Source: a virus
Reading direction: 5' to 3' (one strand)
DNA: 64,000 bases
IMG/VR virus record: IMGVR_UViG_3300034684_000096
Coordinates: 1-64,000 of that record
In this document: in pieces, positions 47,671 to 56,353 of the stretch
How the letters are laid out: each line of letters begins with the position of its first letter
Position numbering within the stretch: the stretch's first letter is position 1
Notes under the pieces: model-generated
What the model was told of the DNA's origin: nothing
Seen by the model: only the letters and a program-made list of their open reading frames with translations
Database searches by the model: none
Made by a program: the position numbers and the translations under genes

Positions 47671-48220
47671 ATTGAACCTCCTTTATTGGTTCATACATTA
47701 ATCGGTACACATAATCTTCATGATTAGTTCCAACTTCCAAACCAGTATACAATGTAGCAATCTCTTTATCTACACTATATACTTTACGTACATGCATATA
47801 TGACTTAGCAAGAAACGGTTCATCTGACATGTATTGCTCAATGTAATCTGGTGATACACAATAATGAAACAACATACCTTCAACAACCGAAGCCCCTAGA
47901 TAAAACGTAGGTACCCAACTTTCACTATTTGATTCTCTACACATTACTACCTGTCCGTAATCATACTCATACGGTTCATCAATGATTTTTCTTTGCGTAC
48001 TTTTTAGTTTTACAAGGTCTTCCTTGTATTTATTCTGCGCTAGAATATCCACTAGTTCAGCAATTGTGTATGTTTTATTGTCACTACAATTCATAAACTG
48101 CTCTTGACATGATGAATCAGAAAATCCACCAAGTATACCAAACACTTTAATAAACTCTGGCATTGTCAATATTGCATACCTATTTTCACTTACTTTCAAT
48201 GAAACTGCTATTGTAGCCAT
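47660..48220 (-). CDS. hypothetical protein
   Basis: AAGGAG RBS. Confidence 0.65.
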   Translation of the reverse strand: MATIAVSLKVSENRYAILTMPEFIKVFGILGGFSDSSCQEQFMNCSDNKTYTIAELVDILAQNKYKEDLVKLKSTQRKIIDEPYEYDYGQVVMCRESNSESWVPTFYLGASVVEGMLFHYCVSPDYIEQYMSDEPFLAKSYMHVRKVYSVDKEIATLYTGLEVGTNHEDYVYRLMYEPIKEVQYGI

Positions 48221-48303
48221 CAATTACTCCTTATATTATGATTGTATCATTCCCATAAAAATATTCACTCTAACTATAATATGTAAAGAGAGTATATATT
48301 TTA

Positions 48304-48624
48304 TCAATTCTTTGGAAAAGAATCAATGATTCTTTTTGCAAGTTCTTTTGCGCTTCCCTTGTAAGCAATTTTATTTGCTTCCTTATCCCCCATGTCTGGA
48401 ACAAGTGCATCCCCTAGGGCAATATTGATATCCAACACGTAAGTAACAATATGAATTACTTTCAACAGCTTGATATAGTCATCTGGATAAAAATTGCTGT
48501 CCTCCGGTACTACATAGATATGGTCATCTGGACTGTCTATCCACTGCTCTTGATACTCCCCATTTCCCAAATTCTTCACATCGCTGGTTACAAATCTAAA
48601 CGCTTTTGTAATACTTACTTTCAC
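48304..48624 (-). CDS. hypothetical protein
   Basis: AAGGAG RBS before GTG. Confidence 0.6.
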   Translation of the reverse strand: MKVSITKAFRFVTSDVKNLGNGEYQEQWIDSPDDHIYVVPEDSNFYPDDYIKLLKVIHIVTYVLDINIALGDALVPDMGDKEANKIAYKGSAKELAKRIIDSFPKN

Positions 48625-48896
48625 ATAATACTCCTTATATGTTTTATATATGCATCATATATTTCATTAAAATACATATTTCTTTCTTCAGTGCTTTCAA
48701 ACACTCCCTTGTAGTTATCAGAAAATCGATGCTGGTATATTGATTCACCGCTTTCATCTGGATACCATGCACTTAATCCCCCATAGCGCAATCTTACATA
48801 TAGTACTTGCTTGCCTTTCCTATATATCTCGTATTGTTCTGGGCAACCACCACATGACATGGAAACATCAAACTCATTCAATTCAAAATTATTCAT
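48621..48896 (-). CDS. hypothetical protein
   Basis: C..CPEQY...YVRLRYG motif. Confidence 0.7.
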   Translation of the reverse strand: MNNFELNEFDVSMSCGGCPEQYEIYRKGKQVLYVRLRYGGLSAWYPDESGESIYQHRFSDNYKGVFESTEERNMYFNEIYDAYIKHIRSIM

Positions 48897-49530
48897 TTAC
48901 TTTCCTCTCATCTTTTACAATCTCTTGTTTAAAAACAAACCCTAGTTCATAGTTTCTGTTCTCTCCCTTTGGGTAAGGAAGAACAGGATAGCGCATTTGC
49001 TCTTTCCACAATCTCCTTAACTTCTTATCACTGGTGCAAAAATACACATACCGATGTTTTGGTGTCCGTACTTTCCTCAATCCTGTTTGCTTACTATGTT
49101 TATAGTGTCTGGAATGTTTGTTTCCTTCAGTGTACATATCAGTACGCTTTTTTGTTACTCCAGTATACATAAAATTAGTAGCTTGGTATATGTACCCATT
49201 ATGATTCATCCCTGTATCAGAAAATGAAACCACAATCCAATTCTTACTTCTCAATGAACGTAAGCATAGGCCAACAAACTTACTTAACGGTTCAGTCAAA
49301 TCCTCTTCTCTACATAATCTATTCAATTCATATACAGAAGCCTTAAACTCCTCACCCATAATTCCCCTACATAAAGAAGGGCTTGCTGGTTTGCCGAACG
49401 TACATACCGCCATCAACCTGTCTTGGTCGTACCATCCATATGCTACCGACACAACAGGCTTTCTTCCACTGTAGTGTCTCGGTAGCAAAAAGTCAATAGC
49501 GGTTGTATAATCAATCTCCTTGAATACCAT
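48889..49530 (-). CDS. Mom-like (GNAT-fold) DNA modification protein
   Basis: HYS, ELNRL, VSFSD...HNG.IYQATNF.YTG, KHRYVY motifs. Confidence 0.75.
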   Translation of the reverse strand: MVFKEIDYTTAIDFLLPRHYSGRKPVVSVAYGWYDQDRLMAVCTFGKPASPSLCRGIMGEEFKASVYELNRLCREEDLTEPLSKFVGLCLRSLRSKNWIVVSFSDTGMNHNGYIYQATNFMYTGVTKKRTDMYTEGNKHSRHYKHSKQTGLRKVRTPKHRYVYFCTSDKKLRRLWKEQMRYPVLPYPKGENRNYELGFVFKQEIVKDERKVNE

Positions 49531-49531
49531 A

Positions 49532-50638
49532 CTATGTAAGATACAGGTTACTGTTCTTGGTACTAGAGATACCACCACGAATGGCTACGTTCTTTCCAGC
49601 ATTGATACCAGAATCATAAGCACCTCTATCACTGACATTTACCTTACTTCTCGTAGTCCTAAAACCACTGAAGCCGTAGATATACTGTTTTGCCAATTTA
49701 CCATTTTCTTCTTGATATTCCACAACTTCAGTACCTGTAGCTTCAACCTCCTGTTTTTTAAATCTTTCATGCATGGACCTAGATACGCCAGCATAGAAAG
49801 AAGTCTTTGAACCATAAGAGAAGTTATTACTCTTCTTTGCTTCCTTGTAGTATCTTTCCAGTTCCTTTTGCAAGTAATCAAAGAGATAAGAGGCAACCTC
49901 ACATTCTGTTTTTGTTCCATGAGCGTATGCTACACTTGCTACCCCATCATTAGACAACAAGAGCCAACAACCGGAAATTTTACAAGCGATATTTGCAACC
50001 GTCTTCAATTCTTGTGTATACTTCTTATACCTCACCAATCCTATGCGATAGATATTTGACTCATTATTTGAAGTATCATGGATACCATACGACTGCATAA
50101 GTTCTTTCGCTTTCGCCCAAGCTAAAGAAGCTTCATTCACATTATCACTTTCGGATAGCGCAAGTAGTTTCTTCACTTTATTCAATACATGGGAAGTCTG
50201 TTCAACTTGGGTAATCTTATGGGTCAATGAAGCATTACTTTGTTCAATACCTATAGCTTCACAAATGTACTTGAATGAACCATCATGTCCCATATGGTGG
50301 TACAATTGCTCGTCAATGAAATGTGCTACCTCATGCTCTACAACTTCCTTGAACGTATCATAGGATACACTCTCTGACAGCAATTCATCAGAAAAGAAGA
50401 AATGGTTGTTGTTATATTCTGCATGATAGTAACCAAGGCACTTCTCGGAATTAGGGCTAACCAAATTTGGTGAAAAAGTCACATAGTTTCTGTTAAAGTT
50501 CTTAGACAGGTAATGTGAAAAGACCATTGGCTTATCTTCAAGATTATTCCACTTACCTATCGTTGCAAGAATGATATCATCGGCAACCTTAGCCATGAAT
50601 TTTGTTCTCTTTGAATACTGCTCAAGTTTAAAAGTCAT
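49532..50638 (-). CDS. SprT-like zinc metalloprotease fused to DUF2786
   Basis: HEVAH...GHD..F, then KVKKLLALSES.N.NEA..A..KA.ELM. Confidence 0.85.
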   Translation of the reverse strand: MTFKLEQYSKRTKFMAKVADDIILATIGKWNNLEDKPMVFSHYLSKNFNRNYVTFSPNLVSPNSEKCLGYYHAEYNNNHFFFSDELLSESVSYDTFKEVVEHEVAHFIDEQLYHHMGHDGSFKYICEAIGIEQSNASLTHKITQVEQTSHVLNKVKKLLALSESDNVNEASLAWAKAKELMQSYGIHDTSNNESNIYRIGLVRYKKYTQELKTVANIACKISGCWLLLSNDGVASVAYAHGTKTECEVASYLFDYLQKELERYYKEAKKSNNFSYGSKTSFYAGVSRSMHERFKKQEVEATGTEVVEYQEENGKLAKQYIYGFSGFRTTRSKVNVSDRGAYDSGINAGKNVAIRGGISSTKNSNLYLT

Positions 50639-50700
50639 TTGTTTCTCCTTATACCTTCATTCTACCATAGGTTAACTAGTCTGTCAAGAGATATGAAGAA

Positions 50701-50889
50701 TTATTCTTCATCATTACCAAGCACTTCCTCAATATATTCAATTACTAGACCGTTATTCCATAACAACTCATCCATGTAGGCAATGTCCGTTAATGCTTCA
50801 TTTTTATCTACTGGAATAGATAAATCCCCATAAGCAAATTTCGTTGCTTCTGACTCTCTGATAAAATCTAATGCTTCTTGTTTTGTCAT
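50701..50889 (-). CDS. hypothetical protein
   Basis: Own promoter and RBS. Confidence 0.6.
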   Translation of the reverse strand: MTKQEALDFIRESEATKFAYGDLSIPVDKNEALTDIAYMDELLWNNGLVIEYIEEVLGNDEE

Positions 50890-50934
50890 CTTCTCTTCCT
50901 TATATATACATTCTACCATGGGTAAGAGATATTG

Positions 50935-51552
50935 TCAATCCATTTTAATCGGATTTCTAAACGAATTTTTATCAAACCCATGAATAGATGCCTTTTCTTC
51001 ATCACTCATAGCTAAGGTTACATCCTTGTCATTGTTCAATGAGGAAATATAGGTTGATAGAGTTTTCCACAGTTCAAACTTATCAATCACTTTCGTAACA
51101 ATTGTATCCTTAAGAATAGGCAATGAAACAATTGTATGGTAAGACACACGTCTTCCCAATTCATCGGTAGAGGCCGGTACGCCGTACTTTCTTGTGAAGA
51201 TAGGAATATAGTTGTCCACCTGTGCTAACGCCATTACAGTGTCATTAAACAGCTTCTTGTGCTCTCTGTATACTCTTGCTAATTCAATATCAAAAGAAAC
51301 CTCTGTATAGTAGTCAGTCACTCCCTTGATATGATACAGTTTAAGCAAATATTGGGTATCCCCTACTTCCAACACTAGATACAAATCACGTGCTCTGGTT
51401 TCATTATAAAACCCACCATAATTAGCAATATTAAAGAGCATAGTATTAGTAAGATTGATTGAACCACGTCTATCAAACACCACTTTCTTGTCTACTCCAT
51501 AGATATGAGACAAATAATCATAATAGTCTTTGTTTTTATCAATAATATACAT
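50935..51552 (-). CDS. conserved phage hypothetical protein
   Basis: MYII...KDYYD start; HGFDKNSFR end. Confidence 0.75.
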   Translation of the reverse strand: MYIIDKNKDYYDYLSHIYGVDKKVVFDRRGSINLTNTMLFNIANYGGFYNETRARDLYLVLEVGDTQYLLKLYHIKGVTDYYTEVSFDIELARVYREHKKLFNDTVMALAQVDNYIPIFTRKYGVPASTDELGRRVSYHTIVSLPILKDTIVTKVIDKFELWKTLSTYISSLNNDKDVTLAMSDEEKASIHGFDKNSFRNPIKMD

Positions 51553-51563
51553 GTATTATGCTC

Positions 51564-51992
51564 CTAACCAGTTATAATGGTTACAAAAAAATCTTTAGAG
51601 AGAATGGTCATGGTGCCAAAGTCATAGCTAAATAGGATATCCTGTTCGAATGTTACAACCTTCCCAAAGTTAATTGGCGCACTTGTGTCAAACTTATCAA
51701 CTAAACTAATATCAACTAAACCAATGACACCAGCGTCTACAGGGAAGTCACAATCAAAATTTTCACCTCTCCCCCTATAATATCCATCTCCATATGCAGT
51801 AGACAATACAGCAAACTGTTTACCATCCACATCATACAAACCATCATCAAAAGAGAATTTCTTACCCCAATACTTTTGGTAAATGTCTTCATTCAATGCA
51901 TAGCAAATATCACCAATGTAATATGTACCAGCTTTTACTTTCAATAGACTAAATTGTCTTGACTCGGCTTTATCCAATTGCTTAACGTTCAT
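51564..51992 (-). CDS. DUF4241-like hypothetical protein
   Basis: YYIGD.CY, TAYGDG.Y, FPVDAG.IG. Confidence 0.7.
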   Translation of the reverse strand: MNVKQLDKAESRQFSLLKVKAGTYYIGDICYALNEDIYQKYWGKKFSFDDGLYDVDGKQFAVLSTAYGDGYYRGRGENFDCDFPVDAGVIGLVDISLVDKFDTSAPINFGKVVTFEQDILFSYDFGTMTILSKDFFVTIITG

Positions 51993-52033
51993 TTGTTTTC
52001 CTCTCTTATATATACAGTATATAGTATTTTATA

Positions 52034-52285
52034 TTACTTGTCAATAGGTAAAACATCAATATGATATTTTTTATCTTTATCAAAATCATGATGAAACTGC
52101 ATTATGTCATCATAATCAAATAAGTTAATGTATGTGAGAATAGTTGTCTTTTTATCATAAAAGTAGGCTATAAACTTACCTCCCCAATTGGTACAATCTT
52201 TTTTAGCATTCTTTAATGCTTTATTAAATGTAGGATTACCTAATGTTTCAACGACCTCAAATCCATGCTGATGTGTAATAATCAT
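52034..52285 (-). CDS. hypothetical protein
   Basis: GAGG RBS. Confidence 0.6.
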   Translation of the reverse strand: MIITHQHGFEVVETLGNPTFNKALKNAKKDCTNWGGKFIAYFYDKKTTILTYINLFDYDDIMQFHHDFDKDKKYHIDVLPIDK

Positions 52286-52294
52286 ATATAACCT

Positions 52295-52609
52295 CTAACT
52301 ATCTCTATTTGCAATGGTAAGCACTTTAGTTGCCACACTACCTAATACTCTATCACTCGGCATATAAGGTCTAAGCACCTCAACCAATTCTTCTACTGTC
52401 CAATCCTCAAACTTCCCTCTATTAACGATATCACCAGTGAGTGCAAACCACGCTCCAAAAGCAGTTACATCATCTTCATGTGCTTCTATTATTTTCGGGT
52501 TACCAACTTGTTTAATAATATATAAAGTCATCCCACCGATAGTAACAAACCCTATTTCATAAGCTCTGTCTTTTGCAATCAAATTAAAATCTAATTCTAT
52601 GTTATCCAT
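52295..52609 (-). CDS. hypothetical protein
   Basis: Operon packing. Confidence 0.6.
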   Translation of the reverse strand: MDNIELDFNLIAKDRAYEIGFVTIGGMTLYIIKQVGNPKIIEAHEDDVTAFGAWFALTGDIVNRGKFEDWTVEELVEVLRPYMPSDRVLGSVATKVLTIANRDS

Positions 52610-52621
52610 AATTATTACCCT

Positions 52622-52930
52622 TTATACAATCTGCTTTAGCATTGCTACCAATATACGAATAAATTTTGCGTCTACTGACCAGTCCGGTACTCCACCATGC
52701 AAATCCAATCCGTAACCGTCTTCAAAATCCACTAAGGTATTCGCAAAATAACAACTGACCATTTGTCCTAATCCATCATTATCATATGGTCCTTGATACC
52801 TTGCATCGTAGAAAGTAACCAATGGCATTTCTGGTTTATAATCAGATGAATAATCGCAAACCACATTCCATGGAATACCAGATGTAGTGTCTTTCATATT
52901 CAAGGTAAAAACAATATCCTTATGTTTCAT
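52622..52930 (-). CDS. hypothetical protein
   Basis: PLV.FYDARY...GQ.VS.Y...GLDLHGGVPDW motif; own promoter. Confidence 0.7.
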   Translation of the reverse strand: MKHKDIVFTLNMKDTTSGIPWNVVCDYSSDYKPEMPLVTFYDARYQGPYDNDGLGQMVSCYFANTLVDFEDGYGLDLHGGVPDWSVDAKFIRILVAMLKQIV

Positions 52931-53036
52931 AGTAACTCCTCTTTATGTATATATAATACCATGGATAAAAAAGCTTGTCAATACTATTTTAGAAAAAACT
53001 ATCTTTCCAGTAGTTTATAAATAAATTGTTCTGCGG

Positions 53037-53279
53037 TTAGCATGGTGCACTCCTTGGAAGGAAACAATCTTCAAGTATATACGTCTCGTGATTCAAATGA
53101 CGATTGATACCAAAAATATCATGAGCAAAATCAAACCACTCAAAATTTAGTAATTTCTGTAGGTCTAATGACTGCTTTTCCATACAGAAATGTAAATCCA
53201 TCATAGTTGTCAAGTAAGGCATCTGTAATTCTTTTTCAGCTCTTTTTGCAATCTTTTGCATTAAATCATCTTTATTCAT
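53037..53279 (-). CDS. hypothetical protein
   Basis: AAGGA RBS before MNKDD; F.HDIFGINRH...CFLPR motif; the longer start in the ORF track lies inside the RNA gene. Confidence 0.7.
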   Translation of the reverse strand: MNKDDLMQKIAKRAEKELQMPYLTTMMDLHFCMEKQSLDLQKLLNFEWFDFAHDIFGINRHLNHETYILEDCFLPRSAPC

Positions 53280-53294
53280 GTTATTTTCCTTTAT

Positions 53295-53400
53295 TGGAGG
53301 TAAGGGGAATTGAACCCCTGTCTTATTAACTCTAAGCTTTCGTAATGTAGGCATTTATCGTCGCTTCATGCAAGTTAACAATCGAACCCTGTATACCCCC
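53295..53400 (-). ncRNA. ssrA: miniature tmRNA-like RNA (alanine tRNA-like domain plus short candidate tag frame)
   Basis: Acceptor stem GGGGGUA/UACCUCC with G3:U70 and discriminator A; stemless D-loop ending GGGUUCGA; helix UUGUUAACU/AGUUAAUAA; GAC linker; T-arm AGGGG-UUCAAUU-CCCCU; internal GAUAAAU-GCC UAC AUU ACG AAA GCU UAG. Confidence 0.85.
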
Positions 53401-53409
53401 GTAATTCAT

Positions 53410-53643
53410 TTATGCATTCTGCAAGGTTACAGAACCATCGTAATCTTCAAACATGCCTATAGCCCACATATTTGAATAATGCCCAACATCAATAGCACCC
53501 CCCTTATACACCACAACCACACCAGCACCACAAGTACCATTAGAGGAATTCATGAGCACAATGTTACCACTACTGGTTGACTTCATCAATTTTGGAAAAT
53601 CACTCACATGTTCTCCCTTATCCTTCGCAATTGTTTTAATCAT
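53410..53643 (-). CDS. hypothetical protein
   Basis: Own promoter and AAGGAG RBS; FPKLM...W...F..Y.G.VTL.N. Confidence 0.7.
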   Translation of the reverse strand: MIKTIAKDKGEHVSDFPKLMKSTSSGNIVLMNSSNGTCGAGVVVVYKGGAIDVGHYSNMWAIGMFEDYDGSVTLQNA

Positions 53644-53701
53644 CTTTCTTTCTCCTTATATAGTAAGTATATACTATTTATTATTGTTTGTCAATAACTA
53701 T

Positions 53702-53884
53702 TTAATGCTTTTCTTTATAACCTTCTGATTCAAGGTTCCTAATCGCTTCATGCAATCTCTGCTTATTTCTAAACAACCGTATATCATATATAGGTGAACC
53801 ATCGTCATGTTTCTTCACCCCATCATGGAATGACAATGCATATTTACTTCTCCCAATATTATATTGTACATAATATTCTTTCAC
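53702..53884 (-). CDS. hypothetical protein
   Basis: QYNIGRSKY.LSFHDGVKKH.DGS..YDI motif. Confidence 0.65.
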   Translation of the reverse strand: MKEYYVQYNIGRSKYALSFHDGVKKHDDGSPIYDIRLFRNKQRLHEAIRNLESEGYKEKH

Positions 53885-53900
53885 CAGTACCACTTCCTTC

Positions 53901-54200
53901 TTAAAAATTTTGGATAATAAATCTACCATCATGCAACATAATTACTAACGTTTCGTCTTCGATATCCTCAATAGAAGCATATTCTTCGCCATACTCATTC
54001 TGGAATTCTTCCAATGATTCGTATTCAATAAAATCACAACAGATAGCAATTACATCCAGTTCCATTTCTTCACCAGTATCTTCCTCCAACTCTTCAAAAA
54101 ATTCGAAAAGTGCAACCAAACCATCTCTAGAGAAATTATTTCCTCTACCGTAGTCATAAAACGCATTAATAAAATCCTGTTCCGTAACTGTAGTTTTCAT
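53901..54200 (-). CDS. acidic conserved phage protein
   Basis: NFS.DGL.ALF...ELDVIAICCDF.EY; own promoter. Confidence 0.75.
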   Translation of the reverse strand: MKTTVTEQDFINAFYDYGRGNNFSRDGLVALFEFFEELEEDTGEEMELDVIAICCDFIEYESLEEFQNEYGEEYASIEDIEDETLVIMLHDGRFIIQNF

Positions 54201-54255
54201 TTGTTTTCCTTCTTATATATACAGTATATATTGTTATTTATTGTTTGTCAATAAA

Positions 54256-54525
54256 TTATGAATCAAAATCTACAAATTCCAATGCACATTTTACTTGTTT
54301 TTCCAACAAACTCTGACAATATGCCTTTGCTTCATCCACAGTCGGAAAATCTTTTTCCTCTTCTGGATAATCATTCAACATTAATGCTGCAGTATACTCA
54401 TCACCAAATCCATGATTCGATACACTAATTAAGAAACTACTAAATAAGAAACGACCTAAAAACCCATACGCTTCATATGTTTCTCCATCATCATACTCTT
54501 TCCATTGTAGTTGTTTAATTTTCAT
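54256..54525 (-). CDS. hypothetical protein
   Basis: IKQLQW...T.DEAKAYCQ. Confidence 0.65.
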   Translation of the reverse strand: MKIKQLQWKEYDDGETYEAYGFLGRFLFSSFLISVSNHGFGDEYTAALMLNDYPEEEKDFPTVDEAKAYCQSLLEKQVKCALEFVDFDS

Positions 54526-54527
54526 GA

Positions 54528-54713
54528 TTAGTCCTTTATTTTCAAATATAATTCTAATACTTCATCCACGTCTAAATAATTCATTTCTGCTGTTGGCTCA
54601 AAATAGCAACTGTCACAGTACCCGATAACTACTCCGGTGCTTTCCCTTATTACCACAGTAGGTAAATCAGAATCATAACCAGTATTGTCTTCAAATCTTA
54701 ATTCCATACTCAT
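54528..54713 (-). CDS. hypothetical protein
   Basis: AGGAG RBS. Confidence 0.6.
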   Translation of the reverse strand: MSMELRFEDNTGYDSDLPTVVIRESTGVVIGYCDSCYFEPTAEMNYLDVDEVLELYLKIKD

Positions 54714-54886
54714 TCTCCTAATGATAGTACTAATATATAGTATATAATAAATAATACACTACTCCCTAATATAATTATTGACTGTGTATTTCCTTGCAGA
54801 TAATAACTAGTAAACACACCTGTAAGTATTTGCAATACTATGCCAATGAAAACAAACAACACTCTCATTTTTAATACATCTTTCAT
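54710..54886 (-). CDS. small membrane protein (not in ORF track)
   Basis: 58 aa, two hydrophobic helices, ATGA overlaps at both ends. Confidence 0.55.
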   Translation of the reverse strand: MKDVLKMRVLFVFIGIVLQILTGVFTSYYLQGNTQSIIILGSSVLFIIYYILVLSLGE

Positions 54887-55050
54887 ACATAATCCCTTGG
54901 TGTCAATGTTCCTTCCCTTGGTTCCAAGAACCGTAATGCATAGGACTGCTCTACAGTAAAATGTGTTGCTTTCTTTTCATCAGTAGTCCAACCATCCACT
55001 GTTAGGTATAATTTCACACCATGAAATATTCTTGTATAAATATACTCCAT
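54883..55050 (-). CDS. small hypothetical protein (not in ORF track)
   Basis: 55 aa MEYIYTRIFHG...; GAGGAG RBS. Confidence 0.55.
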   Translation of the reverse strand: MEYIYTRIFHGVKLYLTVDGWTTDEKKATHFTVEQSYALRFLEPREGTLTPRDYV

Positions 55051-55053
55051 TAC

Positions 55054-55272
55054 TCACTCCTCAACAAAGAATGTTCGGTTTAAGCGTTCAACCTTAGGGT
55101 ACAGAAAGCTATCTGTTTCATATATAGAATAAGTTACATCCATGGTTAACACTCCATTAACCTTTTCCACCACTGTGCATTGAATAGTATCAGTAACCCC
55201 GATGGTTTTTTCATTCGCTTCCACAAATTCCATAATAGCTTTCAAATGGTCAATCGACAAACTGAATCGCAT
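55054..55272 (-). CDS. hypothetical protein
   Basis: GAGG RBS. Confidence 0.6.
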   Translation of the reverse strand: MRFSLSIDHLKAIMEFVEANEKTIGVTDTIQCTVVEKVNGVLTMDVTYSIYETDSFLYPKVERLNRTFFVEE

Positions 55273-55492
55273 AATGTACTTCCTCTTTATAATATTCTAC
55301 TCGGTACTCTTTGTAATACAAGTCTTCAGTAGCTTGCATTGCACGTACCACTGCATTTGCCTGTGCTTTCTTAAATGGCATTGCTTCTTTTTTATGACTA
55401 CAAAATCCTGTATCAGAAATAGCGGAAACATAAATACAAGATACTCCTCCCCCTACTGTTACTTTCCTCACCACTACATAGCGTTTACTCAT
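55250..55492 (-). CDS. hypothetical protein
   Basis: Own promoter and RBS. Confidence 0.6.
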   Translation of the reverse strand: MSKRYVVVRKVTVGGGVSCIYVSAISDTGFCSHKKEAMPFKKAQANAVVRAMQATEDLYYKEYRVEYYKEEVHYAIQFVD

Positions 55493-55535
55493 TTACTCTA
55501 TCTCCTTTATCTATATACAGTATAGCATGTTACAT

Positions 55536-55775
55536 TTATTCTGTCAAGAGCATTTGTAGATTTTTCTCTACATATTCCTTGTACGCTTTCACTGCATTGT
55601 TCTCTGCTTTCTCCCTATCCTTACATTTCCCTTTTTTCATCCTGTAATAATAATTATTCATTTCCCAATGCCAAGAATCATTAATTCTCTGGACTACCAA
55701 TTGCAAACCAAAGGGAACATTAACCACCCCATACTTTTCATCTGAATTATCAAACACAATAGCTTTCATGTCCAT
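55536..55775 (-). CDS. hypothetical protein (paralog of 55819-56049)
   Basis: PFGLQL...CKDREKAENNAVKAYKEYVEK. Confidence 0.7.
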   Translation of the reverse strand: MDMKAIVFDNSDEKYGVVNVPFGLQLVVQRINDSWHWEMNNYYYRMKKGKCKDREKAENNAVKAYKEYVEKNLQMLLTE

Positions 55776-55818
55776 TATTAACTCCTTATCTACTTACATT
55801 CTACACTATTACTTCTTA

Positions 55819-56049
55819 TTAGTCAATACCCAATAATGTATATTTTTCCATTTCTTTTTCCACATATTTCTTGTAAGCCCTTATTGCATTACTCTTTGCT
55901 CTCTCCATTGTCTTACATTCCCCGTCTTTAATCCAGTCTAATTCATTCCCTATATTCCACGCATATTTTCCATACCAATCAAATACTTGTAATTCAATAC
56001 CGAAAGGCATGTACAGTATATACCTACCATTTCTCACATACCATTCCAT
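55819..56049 (-). CDS. hypothetical protein (paralog of 55536-55775)
   Basis: PFGIEL...CKTMERAKSNAIRAYKKYVEK. Confidence 0.7.
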   Translation of the reverse strand: MEWYVRNGRYILYMPFGIELQVFDWYGKYAWNIGNELDWIKDGECKTMERAKSNAIRAYKKYVEKEMEKYTLLGID

Positions 56050-56079
56050 TATCAACCCCTTATCTACTTACATTCTACA

Positions 56080-56337
56080 CTATTTCCCTTTGTTAGTCAA
56101 TACTATTTTCCTAGCTATCGCAATATCTTTTTTCATCCTCTCCATGTACTCAATCTTATTATCCACAAAAACAATTTTCTCATATCCGGTATTTACATTT
56201 CTTACGAATACATACACTACCCTTTCCCCCCATTCGGTATTTACATTATACACAACACCATTATCTCTGGTATTCTTATTCAATGCATAATTCACTATTT
56301 TCAATATGTCCTCATGATTCAATTTCTCAATTATCAT
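56080..56337 (-). CDS. hypothetical protein
   Basis: AAGGAG RBS. Confidence 0.6.
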   Translation of the reverse strand: MIIEKLNHEDILKIVNYALNKNTRDNGVVYNVNTEWGERVVYVFVRNVNTGYEKIVFVDNKIEYMERMKKDIAIARKIVLTNKGK

Positions 56338-56353
56338 ATCAACTCCTTATATA

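Noticed and set aside
53280-53354. N-terminal extension MPTLRKLRVNK... of ORF 53037-53354
   Set aside because: Runs through the RNA gene's T-arm and has no RBS; ATG 53279 has AAGGA
53295-53400. Ordinary tRNA-Ala or an attachment-site remnant of a host tmRNA
   Set aside because: No D-stem or anticodon loop, so not a tRNA. Both 5' and 3' halves are present and pair with each other, and no integrase is nearby, unlike an att duplication that carries only one end.
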